The position numbers and the translations under genes were made by a program. 64,000 nt of DNA, from NCBI GenBank assembly GCA_903821905.1, contig CAIJMQ010000121.1:695-64694 (forward strand), given 5' to 3'. Source of the DNA: an uncultured bacterium (GTDB lineage Bacteria > CAIJMQ01). This document shows, piece after piece, positions 37,957-46,567 of this stretch. Within the stretch, counting starts at the first letter, position 1, and each line of letters starts with the position of its first letter. A model generated the notes under the pieces. It had not been told where the DNA came from. It saw nothing but the letters and a program-made list of their open reading frames with translations, and ran no database searches.

Positions 37957-39151
37957 AGAAGGGGTTACCTTGCGAATCTAAAACATGTACGGTTATGAAA
38001 ATCAATAGATGTTGCCTATCTACGCTGTTTATTTTTTCCTGGAAAAAAGCTTTCCCGATAATAGGTATATCACCAAGGAAAGGAACTTTAGAAATTAATT
38101 CTGTGGTTGCCTCATTCATCAATCCCCCAAGAACAATAGTAGTTCCATCATGTACATTAACATTGGTAGTAGCATCTCTACTGGTAAAAGTTGGCGGGGT
38201 AATTGTAATCGGCGCTTGACCAGTTATTTGAGATATAATGTAAGAAGTTGTTCCTGCCTGCATTTCACTTACTACAGGTTGCAAGAATAATCTGACAGAT
38301 TGTGTAGGACGAATTACAGTAGGACTTACATATAAAACTATCCCAACATCGCGGTCTATAAAAGTCCAGTCATAAGTAGTAGTTGTTGTTGCTGTTGTCG
38401 TTGTTGTGCCCTCAGTGGCTGCTGAAGAAACATCAACACTATCTACATACCGAACGGTCGTCACAAATCTTACATCTGCCGGTTCATTATTCAAAGTTGT
38501 TACTGTAGGTGCAGATAGAAATTTGGTATCTGCTCTGGTAGAAAGCATACGAAGTGTTGCTTGAAGCTGTGGATAATTAAAAGCTTGATAGGTCAGTTGT
38601 AAACCACCAGTACTACTACCAGTAGGAGCTGATACGCCCGATGTAATAGAACCACTAATTGTGTCGTAAGACCAGGCCGTACCCGCAATACCAGAATATC
38701 TCTCGTCTCTTCCAACAGGATTTGCCCAACTAAAAGATAAGGGGGTTACATCACCCCATTCCAACCCCAAATCCCTGAATGTTTTTTCTCCGACAATAAT
38801 AAATTTTGCCTCTATAGCAACTTGAGGGGGAACAGTAAGGTCTTTTAGAAATTCATCTATCTTTTTTAAATTTGATGGGGTATTCCTAACTATTAATTGA
38901 TTCTGACCTGGGAGAAGTGTAATTGAAGAACCTGGAGGTTGAGGAACAAGTTGATTAAGAACCGCTACAATATCCATGTCTGAGGTTCCAGCACCTGTTC
39001 CTGTAGCAGCTGTAGTTCCAGCAGCTGTAGTTCCAGCTGCAGCAGGTGCCGCTGCTCCTCCACCAACACCTACTTCTTGACTAAAAGTTTTTTCCATAGG
39101 AAGAATTATCAAAAAAGCTATTATAAATGTTAATGCTAACTTTCTATTCAT
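37943..39151 (-). CDS. Secretin (GspD/PilQ family) core: one N-type domain plus the secretin domain, lacking its own N0 domain
   Basis: 402 aa. Signal peptide and Gly/Ala/Thr-rich linker. N-domain end LIVRNTPSNLKKIDEFLKDLTVPPQVAIEAKFI. Secretin domain motifs LSAPTVTTLNNEPA, GIVLYVSPTV, TIVLGGLM, VPFLGDIPIIGKAFF, LLIFITVHV. Confidence 0.85.
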   Translation of the reverse strand: MNRKLALTFIIAFLIILPMEKTFSQEVGVGGGAAAPAAAGTTAAGTTAATGTGAGTSDMDIVAVLNQLVPQPPGSSITLLPGQNQLIVRNTPSNLKKIDEFLKDLTVPPQVAIEAKFIIVGEKTFRDLGLEWGDVTPLSFSWANPVGRDERYSGIAGTAWSYDTISGSITSGVSAPTGSSTGGLQLTYQAFNYPQLQATLRMLSTRADTKFLSAPTVTTLNNEPADVRFVTTVRYVDSVDVSSAATEGTTTTTATTTTTYDWTFIDRDVGIVLYVSPTVIRPTQSVRLFLQPVVSEMQAGTTSYIISQITGQAPITITPPTFTSRDATTNVNVHDGTTIVLGGLMNEATTELISKVPFLGDIPIIGKAFFQEKINSVDRQHLLIFITVHVLDSQGNPFFAKS

Positions 39152-39226
39152 TGGTTATACCCCTCTGTTTATTTTTTTCCTTTTTATTAAATTTTTTATA
39201 ATTATTTATATATTTATAACAGCAAA

Positions 39227-40861
39227 TTAATTTCCACTGCTACTGTTGCTGCTTCCTCCGGAACTATTCGATTGTCCGAATGTAATTGTGCTAAGCTGCA
39301 TTGGAGTTGGTTGAATCTGCCCGTTAATAGTTGAACCAGACTGTAAGTCAAAAATTCTAGTTTCCAATGCTTCCAATGGGACATTATCAAGCCTATCTCT
39401 TGTGGATATCCAAATAACGTTGGGGTATATTTCATAGTCTAAACCTTTTGGACGAAGTACCAAGGATAAAACATCAGAAAGTGGCATATCACGCAATGAA
39501 GCAGTAATATTATAGGTTTTCTCTGGGGTTGCAGTGGTTGTTGCTCCTACTGCTCCACCAACTACTCCAGCACCACCTCTTGCTGCACCACCACCTCCAC
39601 CAGCTCCAGGCGGTCCACCAACTCCAGCACCACCTCCTGCTGCTACACCTCCAACCCCAGCTGTAGGTGCTGCTTCAAATATAGCTTCATCAATCATCAT
39701 ATTTATACCGCTCTGTTTTGAAAGAAATAATATAACAGATCTTAAATCAGCACCAGTAAATTCCAGAGAAACCTTTTTCTCTTTGGCTTTCTTTGTGATT
39801 TCTTCTATAGCAAGAGCTTCTTCATCTTCTACTGTTTTTCCCTTCTTTTCTTCTTTTACTCCACCAACAACAGGCACATAAGCTTCATCAACTTTTAACC
39901 ATTTCTTTTCTCTTTCGGCTTTCTCTTTTTCTACATCGACTATACGTTCTGCTTTTGCCTTAGAAACTTCTGCTTGAGAAATAAGTATTTCTATACCTGG
40001 GTAATCCTCTTTTTCTTTTAAAACTTGTCCCCATATTTCAATTGCCTTATCGTATTCTTTATCTCTTAAATATTCCTTCCCTTTATTTACCATATTTTCT
40101 AGTTTCTCGGCATTATCTGTTTTCGCTCCAAACAATTTCATTTCTTCTGCAAGCTCCATATACTTTATTGCTTCTGTATCTGTGGGATTTATAGCAAGTA
40201 TTTTTTTGAGTTCATTAATAGATTCGTCATATTGTTTACTGCGATAGTATCTTTTAGCATTATCCCAATATTCTCTCATTTGTCCTGTTCTTTCTAATGT
40301 TTCTTTGATGTCTGCGTTCTTCTTGGATTTCTCCATTGCAATTTGGGTTTTTTCTATATATGCAATAGCATCTTTGTCCTTGGGATTAATTACAAGGATT
40401 TTATTAAACTCAAAAAGCGCTTCTTCATATTTCTCCTGTTCATAATAGGAGGTACCTTTATCTATATATGTTTTCTTTTTCTGTTCCTTTTCAAATTGAA
40501 TAATGTTTTGTTTCAATTCTGCTGTCTTCTTGGATTCTTCTTCACCTTTAATTATTGTATCTTCTGTCAATGCTTTCTTTTTATTGGCCATCTCATCGCT
40601 GCGAGCTATTATGCCCTTAATTTCCTCTGTCATTCCCGCAGGTGCGATTTTCAAAGCTTCTTCAAATTTTGACTTAGCTTGTTCAAATGCATTCAACTGT
40701 AAATATTCAAAACCTTCATCCAAAAGATTTTTCACCTGTTCCAGGTTTTCAGTTTCAGACTGCTGTTTTGTCTCTTCTTGTGCATAGACATAAATTGTAC
40801 CTGAAAACATCAGAAGTACAAGAAAACACCCCACAAATCTTTTATTTTTTAGGATATTCAT
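39227..40861 (-). CDS. Secreted TPR protein fused to a secretin-type N0 domain (the missing N-terminus of the downstream secretin)
   Basis: 544 aa. Signal peptide, ~6 TPR-like units and an E/K-rich segment. Then VSLEFTGADLRSVILFLSKQSGINMMIDE ...[~55-aa Gly/Ala tract]... YNITASLRDMPLSDVLSLVLRPKGLDYEIYPNVIWISTRDRL, which is the N0 pattern of GspD/PilQ. Confidence 0.7.
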   Translation of the reverse strand: MNILKNKRFVGCFLVLLMFSGTIYVYAQEETKQQSETENLEQVKNLLDEGFEYLQLNAFEQAKSKFEEALKIAPAGMTEEIKGIIARSDEMANKKKALTEDTIIKGEEESKKTAELKQNIIQFEKEQKKKTYIDKGTSYYEQEKYEEALFEFNKILVINPKDKDAIAYIEKTQIAMEKSKKNADIKETLERTGQMREYWDNAKRYYRSKQYDESINELKKILAINPTDTEAIKYMELAEEMKLFGAKTDNAEKLENMVNKGKEYLRDKEYDKAIEIWGQVLKEKEDYPGIEILISQAEVSKAKAERIVDVEKEKAEREKKWLKVDEAYVPVVGGVKEEKKGKTVEDEEALAIEEITKKAKEKKVSLEFTGADLRSVILFLSKQSGINMMIDEAIFEAAPTAGVGGVAAGGGAGVGGPPGAGGGGGAARGGAGVVGGAVGATTTATPEKTYNITASLRDMPLSDVLSLVLRPKGLDYEIYPNVIWISTRDRLDNVPLEALETRIFDLQSGSTINGQIQPTPMQLSTITFGQSNSSGGSSNSSSGN

Positions 40862-40864
40862 TCT

Positions 40865-42928
40865 TCAATTCTCCCTTTCCAAGATTTTCTCACTTTCATT
40901 TATTTTATTTTTAATTTGTTCCATTAACTGGGTTATGCTCTTTTCTAATTCGCTGTTTCCAAGTTCTTCAGTTACCTTCATTTTTGCACTATCTTCTTTT
41001 ATGTTATTACTCTCTATGAATTGATGACTTTCCTGAGATTGCAATTCAACTCTTCTTGGTAAATCATTCTTGTGAATAAAAGAGTTTACATCGCTTTCTA
41101 TAGTTTTTACTACTTGTTCCTTTATCTGGGGAGAAGCCATTCCCACCGCATCCTTGAAAATTGATTCTGCTTTATCAAATTGTCCTTCTGCTAAATATTT
41201 CATTCCATTATCTATTACTACCTTTACCTTATCAAATTGTTGTTTGTTTTTATACTCGTCTCTTGCTTTTTCCACCAAATCAAGAGAAGAAAGTGCTTCC
41301 GAATACGTTGGATTCAAATTTAATACTTCTTCAAACTTTGCTTTAGCTAAGTCAAATTTATTATCTTTCAAATACTCTTTACCTTCTGTCATCATTGTCT
41401 GCAATCTGGACTGATTAGCTTCTTCTTGGGATTTATCAAGCCGTTTTAACCATTCTTCGGCTTCAGAATAATCCGGTTTAACAGATAATGCCTTTTCAAA
41501 ATTAGTTCTTGCTTTAGCATATTGATTCTTATTAAAATTATCTACGCCGCTAGCTATATATACATCCGCTTGTTGTTGGAGCTTTCTATTATATATATTT
41601 TGTTTTGTCTTATCAATGTCATCCAGAAGAGTTTGAATCTCAGTTTGCTTATCTCCTGATGAAGCTATTTTCAACGCTTTTCTGAAAATTGCATCTGCTT
41701 TATCCAACTGTTCTGCTTCTAAATATTTTTTACCTTCAGTTATTAATCCTTCTATAACTCCTTTACTCTCATAATCCTTTTTTGCTTGTTCGGTTTCAGA
41801 TAAATACTGCAGTACAAGTTCATTCCCTGGTCTAATTTGTAACGCCTCTAAAAATTTTTTCTTAGCTTCTTCAAAATTATTTGCAGTTAGGTATTCTTTT
41901 CCCCGTTTTATTAATTCGCCCAACTTGTTCTCTTCAATCTGTTGTTTTGCTTCGGATACAATATTTTCTATTCTTCCAAGGTTTGCGCCTGCCTGATATT
42001 TTTGTTTCAATTCAGGGACAGAAGCAAGTAATGATTCTATTTCCCCCCTTCTCTTTTTCTCCTGGGGTAACAAAAGTTTAAGAGCTTCATTAAGACCAGT
42101 TTCTGCTTCTTCAAACCTGCCCATCTTGAGATTGTTTTTTCCTTCTTCTATTTTACTATCAATATTTGCAAGTAAATCTTTATCTTCTTTTGCCTGTCTT
42201 AATTTTTCAATCTTCTCTAAGTAACCCTGAGCTTTACTGTTGTCGGGTTGTAGTGTCAATACTTCCTTTAATCCTTTCTCTGCTTCATCAAATGCCTCCA
42301 TATTAATATTATTGCTTGCTTCTTCTAAAAGGTTCGATATGTGTTCAGCATTCATGCGGCGGCGTGCATTGCCTACTCGTACAAGTCCATCTTTAGCTTT
42401 ACGATTATCTGGAAAAATATCAAGCGCTTTATTAAAACTGGATTCTGCCCCATCAAGATTACTTGATTTTAAATATTCAAATCCTTGCATGATATAATTT
42501 TCAGATTCTTCTTTAGATTTTTTACCTTCATTTTTCTCTTGAAGTATTGCTATTTCTTTTAAAGATTGGGAAATTTTAATAGATATTTTCCCAAGAGAAG
42601 ATGCTTCTCGGTAATAGATTTTAGCACTATTGTTTTTATCTTCAGAAACGAGGTTCTGCGCTTTATTTCCATATGAAGAAATTTGCTCGTTTACCAAATT
42701 CAAAGTGTTTTCTAATTCTTTCTTGGCTTTATCTGGTTCCTTGTTTTTGATAAATAGATTTGCTGCTTCAATAGACTTTTTTGTTTGTTCTTCAAAATTA
42801 CGGATTAACGATATTTCTTCAGAACTAATACCGTTATCTGAATTATTACAATAAATATTTATTACTGGAAATAACCCAGACAAAACAAATAAAAATAAAA
42901 TTATCAAAAACGTTTTTTTAAAGTTCAT
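40865..42928 (-). CDS. Large TPR / coiled-coil repeat protein with an N-terminal signal or anchor
   Basis: 687 aa. Many units of the form G..YL....F..A...F..AL...P.N..A. Hydrophobic N-terminus. ATGA overlap with the upstream PilP-like gene. Confidence 0.7.
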   Translation of the reverse strand: MNFKKTFLIILFLFVLSGLFPVINIYCNNSDNGISSEEISLIRNFEEQTKKSIEAANLFIKNKEPDKAKKELENTLNLVNEQISSYGNKAQNLVSEDKNNSAKIYYREASSLGKISIKISQSLKEIAILQEKNEGKKSKEESENYIMQGFEYLKSSNLDGAESSFNKALDIFPDNRKAKDGLVRVGNARRRMNAEHISNLLEEASNNINMEAFDEAEKGLKEVLTLQPDNSKAQGYLEKIEKLRQAKEDKDLLANIDSKIEEGKNNLKMGRFEEAETGLNEALKLLLPQEKKRRGEIESLLASVPELKQKYQAGANLGRIENIVSEAKQQIEENKLGELIKRGKEYLTANNFEEAKKKFLEALQIRPGNELVLQYLSETEQAKKDYESKGVIEGLITEGKKYLEAEQLDKADAIFRKALKIASSGDKQTEIQTLLDDIDKTKQNIYNRKLQQQADVYIASGVDNFNKNQYAKARTNFEKALSVKPDYSEAEEWLKRLDKSQEEANQSRLQTMMTEGKEYLKDNKFDLAKAKFEEVLNLNPTYSEALSSLDLVEKARDEYKNKQQFDKVKVVIDNGMKYLAEGQFDKAESIFKDAVGMASPQIKEQVVKTIESDVNSFIHKNDLPRRVELQSQESHQFIESNNIKEDSAKMKVTEELGNSELEKSITQLMEQIKNKINESEKILEREN

Positions 42929-43650
42929 TCTTTTATACGTTGGGACTCGCCCCCACTCTTCAATTCGTATTTACCAGAATCTGATCTGGAGATTATAACT
43001 TTATTTTCATCAATACTCAATATCTTCCAACCTTCAACTTCATCTCCTGCGTTTGCAAAATAGGTCTTTTTTGTACTATCGTTTTGCAACATTGCTTGAA
43101 ACCCTTTCTCTATAGGCATAATACCTGTTAATTTGAAAGGCATTATTACAATCGAAGGTATCAATCGATATTGCTTCACTTCGTCACTAAGTATAACAAC
43201 ATCCCGAGTAATAGACACCACTGTAAAATTCTCCACCTTGTCGCCGACTTTAGCTTTATAAGTATTGCCTGTTTGAGAATTTCCAAAAGTAGCGGTAAGA
43301 ATACCTTCGGCATCAGAAACTACTCCAGTACATCCCAAATTCATCTGAGATGTAGCCGACCCTGATTTTTTAACATCCGTTGGAAAAAACATGTTTTTAT
43401 CAATTAATGGCTGGTATTGTGAAAAATCTTTCTTAATTAAGTAGGTACCAAAGTTCGGTTCATAAGGAGGAGGGGGATTAAGAGTTGTCCCTCCAGTTGG
43501 TTGTATTTTTATTTTGAAATCCTCAATTGCCTTGTTTCTATCTACCCCAGAAAATAAACGGACTGCTGTAATTATCAATATAACTAAAAGGAGACCAAGA
43601 ACTAATTTTTCATAATTTTCTTTAATCCACACTAATAGTTTATTAGACAT
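42925..43650 (-). CDS. Bitopic membrane protein with two PilP / GspC-HR-like beta domains
   Basis: 241 aa. N-terminal TM (LVLGLLLVILIITAV). Two similar segments, TYKAKVGDKVENFTVVSITRDVVILSDEVKQYRL and TYFANAGDEVEGWKILSIDENKVIISRSDSGKYEL, fit the PilP/GspC homology-region pattern (..vGd.v.gw.v.sI....v.l....g....l). Confidence 0.5.
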   Translation of the reverse strand: MSNKLLVWIKENYEKLVLGLLLVILIITAVRLFSGVDRNKAIEDFKIKIQPTGGTTLNPPPPYEPNFGTYLIKKDFSQYQPLIDKNMFFPTDVKKSGSATSQMNLGCTGVVSDAEGILTATFGNSQTGNTYKAKVGDKVENFTVVSITRDVVILSDEVKQYRLIPSIVIMPFKLTGIMPIEKGFQAMLQNDSTKKTYFANAGDEVEGWKILSIDENKVIISRSDSGKYELKSGGESQRIKE

Positions 43651-43695
43651 TATTTTTTCAACTTGGTCTTTATTCTTAATAAAGGAAATAATATA

Positions 43696-44526
43696 TCACG
43701 ATTTCCCCCATCTGATTACGGATAGTCTTAATTGTACCTGTATCTTTTTTCCCCCTACAGATCCAGTTTTAACAGTTCCCAATGTTTCCGATCTGGTTTG
43801 ATCTTGAAAACGTCCTGCCCGAGGATCCATTGAAGCATCAGATATTCCTGTCATTTCTTTGCCTTCTATTATCGACGAGAGGGAAAAGTTCTTTACTATA
43901 AAAAATCCCTGGTCGGTATTTTCCAATGTAAATAAAAGTTTTGCTAAAGAAAGGATATCGCATTTCACACTCAGGATTAATGGTATCTCCTCATACATGT
44001 CTGTTTTCGTTATTTCCCCCAACCCTATACTGTCTATTGAACTCACTCCTGTATCAATTAACAAATTAACAATCATTTCAGTAAGGTATAGATTTTTTAT
44101 TAGTTGGGGTGCTCCTTGGTCGGTCGGTAGACTATTATCTAATCCTAAACCTTCAGTAGTAATTTCGATTCCTTTTTCTTTAGCTTTAGTTCCAATCCGC
44201 TCTTTTGTATTTTTTAATTCTTCCATAAAAAACAGAGATAAATTAACACCTTCCGGAATAGATGACTCTTTTGCCACAGGTAAACTCTCTCTAATTTTTT
44301 TATATTTATCTGCTAATACAATGTTGTCTTTTTCCATGGCACTAATCAATTCGTCGGAAGGAAGATTGCCTGCGGAATAAATTTGTTGAAGCGTACTCTC
44401 TTTTTCTTTAAGCATTTTATTAGTTTCATTGTTATTTTTTAATAATAAATATCCAAACAAAGAAAATAATAAGACTATAATAAGCAAGGTTATTATATAT
44501 GGCAATCCTTGTTTTAACATAGTCAC
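43696..44526 (-). CDS. PilO / GspM-like bitopic inner-membrane protein (module B)
   Basis: 276 aa. TM (LPYIITLLIIVLLFSLFGYLLL), a coiled-coil and a periplasmic domain. Its position after the PilMN fusion (ATGA overlap) supports the call. Confidence 0.55.
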   Translation of the reverse strand: MTMLKQGLPYIITLLIIVLLFSLFGYLLLKNNNETNKMLKEKESTLQQIYSAGNLPSDELISAMEKDNIVLADKYKKIRESLPVAKESSIPEGVNLSLFFMEELKNTKERIGTKAKEKGIEITTEGLGLDNSLPTDQGAPQLIKNLYLTEMIVNLLIDTGVSSIDSIGLGEITKTDMYEEIPLILSVKCDILSLAKLLFTLENTDQGFFIVKNFSLSSIIEGKEMTGISDASMDPRAGRFQDQTRSETLGTVKTGSVGGKKIQVQLRLSVIRWGKS

Positions 44527-46394
44527 TTCCCAATAACTATTTCAAGTGTAAATTTAACTTCTTCTTCTTTATCAACTGTTGCTTCTGCTGCTGATGTAGT
44601 CCCTCTGGCTCCTTTGACCGGTCCCCTAATTCCTTCTGTTGTAGCAGATCGACCTCCCGAGCTATCTGATGTAGATACTACAGAAGTTATTCCTACAGTT
44701 TTAAATAAAGGTGAAGTCTTTAACTTGTTAATATACTCATCAACCGTAGGATAAGAAGCAGTAGTCCCACTTAAAGATATTTTATCTGTTAATAATATGT
44801 TTCCATTTCCTTCTGGTAAGGGAGTTCCCGTATTCGGATTTTTTCCTCCAGTTGGCATAGTTCTGGGGTCAATAGGAACACCCTTAGAATTTCCTTCGGT
44901 ATTCATTGCGGGCACTCTTCTATCTTCGCTTGGATTTGTTCTAACAGCACCTCTTACTCCTGTTGTTTCTCTCCCTGTTTCCAATGCTCCTGTAGTTATC
45001 TCCGTTATAGATATACTTGAAGGAGTAAGTTTAGAAATCTCAAGAAGTATTTTGGACAACTGCGATTTTTGTTTTAGAATCACTTCAATATTTTGAAATT
45101 TACTGATAATCTGTTGTCTCTCATTCTTCAATTCTTCAGCCTTAGACACATAGGGCTTGTAATTTTTAAGAATCGGCTCAATCATATCAATTTTTTCTTT
45201 TGTTAAATTATAGCTTCTTGTACCCAAAACCAATATGATCCAACCTATCAAAAATATCATAACAAAAGAAGAAATAAAGTATAACCTTTTATCCGCCAAC
45301 TGTCTCTTGCTTAGTAGTTTCGGAGGCAATAGATTTATCTCAATTGAAAAATGCTTCAATGCCCTAAGAGCTAATCCAGTAACAACACAAAAATTACTTG
45401 CACTATCGGTTAGCTTAGCAGGGTCATAAGCTATTTTATTAAACGGGTTAATTTCTTTCACTTCAACTCTGAACGAATTTTGCAGGAGGTTTATAAGATT
45501 AACATCTTGGGGAAATTCACCCGATATGTATATATATTGAAAGTGAGTTACTTTTTCTACTTGAGATAAATAGTAATTTGTAGTCCTCTTAATTTCTGCT
45601 ACTAAATCTTCCCAAACAGAAAGAATTAAAGGAGAAATATCTTTCACGCCTGCTTCCGACGTTACGTCGGAGCGGGCATACTTTTCAAGAATTTCTTCAG
45701 CTTTTTCAATATCCACTCCTTTTGACTCGGCGATTTTCTTAAGTATATTCTTCTTACCTATAGGCACTGCTCTGGTAAATGCCATTTCTCCCTTATTTTC
45801 AATAGAGACGTCAGTATAACTAAACCCGAAATTCACTAAAATTCCAACTTTTTCCTTAGGTAACAAATCATTAAAAACAAGACAGTTATGCAAAGCAAGT
45901 GATGAAGTGTCTACAACGTCAGGAATTTTATTTATGGAATTCTGCAAAACTTTGAGCAAATCTTCCACAAAACTTTGTTTTATTGCTGCCATTAGTACTA
46001 TTACGGGGCCCGGGACTTTACTAACAGGAGAAACTACTTGATAGTCCCATATAACTTCATTTAAAGAGAAAGGTACCTGCTGTTGAACTTCAAAAGATAT
46101 TACTTGTTTTAATTTGGAATAGGATACCGGGGGAAGTTTCACTTTTCTTACAAAACTTATCTGCCCACCAACACCTAAAGAAATCTCATCTTTGGCAGAA
46201 GCCAATCCTTCAAAAATTTTAATTATATTAGCAGCTAATAATTTTTTATCGTCTTCTTTATTACCTAAAGGAAGTTTTATTGACCTTGCCCCAACCAAAA
46301 CCACGCCATTAGGGCCTTGGGCAAGTTTTGCTAAATTTATGCGGTCATCCCTGATTTCTATTCCTATACCTGATTTAGCTCTTCTTTTGGGCAT
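44523..46394 (-). CDS. PilM-PilN fusion (GspL-like) assembly protein with a low-complexity periplasmic extension (module B)
   Basis: 623 aa. N-terminal actin-like PilM pattern (GIGIEIRDDRINLAKL..., SFVRKVKLPP, VDTSSLAL). TM LYFISSFVMIFLIGWIILVL. PilN-like coiled-coil and core, interrupted by Pro/Thr/Gly-rich tracts. Confidence 0.7.
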   Translation of the reverse strand: MPKRRAKSGIGIEIRDDRINLAKLAQGPNGVVLVGARSIKLPLGNKEDDKKLLAANIIKIFEGLASAKDEISLGVGGQISFVRKVKLPPVSYSKLKQVISFEVQQQVPFSLNEVIWDYQVVSPVSKVPGPVIVLMAAIKQSFVEDLLKVLQNSINKIPDVVDTSSLALHNCLVFNDLLPKEKVGILVNFGFSYTDVSIENKGEMAFTRAVPIGKKNILKKIAESKGVDIEKAEEILEKYARSDVTSEAGVKDISPLILSVWEDLVAEIKRTTNYYLSQVEKVTHFQYIYISGEFPQDVNLINLLQNSFRVEVKEINPFNKIAYDPAKLTDSASNFCVVTGLALRALKHFSIEINLLPPKLLSKRQLADKRLYFISSFVMIFLIGWIILVLGTRSYNLTKEKIDMIEPILKNYKPYVSKAEELKNERQQIISKFQNIEVILKQKSQLSKILLEISKLTPSSISITEITTGALETGRETTGVRGAVRTNPSEDRRVPAMNTEGNSKGVPIDPRTMPTGGKNPNTGTPLPEGNGNILLTDKISLSGTTASYPTVDEYINKLKTSPLFKTVGITSVVSTSDSSGGRSATTEGIRGPVKGARGTTSAAEATVDKEEEVKFTLEIVIGK

Positions 46395-46431
46395 TTTTCT
46401 TATATTATATTAATTTAGAACAAATCACGTG

Positions 46432-46470
46432 AATATATCAATATTAACAAATATTGGCAAGTTAGGTCAA
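46432..46470 (-). promoter_or_regulatory. Candidate internal promoter(s) in the only sizeable gap (173 nt) of module B
   Basis: Two overlapping minus-strand candidates: TTGACC-17-TTAATA (46470..46442) and TTGCCA-17-TATATT (46460..46432). The AT-rich background makes false positives likely. Confidence 0.3.
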
Positions 46471-46567
46471 GGTGTGAACTACATTCATTAAAGATTGAAA
46501 ATTACAGATTCAAGTTTGATCATTGAAGAATCTTTAATCTTAAATTTTAAATTTTGAATTTATTAAC

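Noticed and set aside
39214-39435. 73-aa minus-strand ORF overlapping the 3' end of the TPR-N0 gene in another frame
   Set aside because: It lies almost entirely within a better-supported ORF and has no motif or RBS. It is likely spurious.
39534-39881. Pro/Ala-rich 115-aa plus-strand ORF (and the similar 61-aa ORF at 23233..23418)
   Set aside because: These are the reverse complements of the Gly/Ala-rich linkers of minus-strand genes (GGN/GCN codons read as NCC/NGC). They are not independent genes.
43859-44380. 173-aa plus-strand ORF antisense to the PilO-like gene (similar cases at 37199..37630, 27896..28282 and 12387..12677)
   Set aside because: These are antisense shadows of supported genes. 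Their composition is low-complexity and they have no independent signals.
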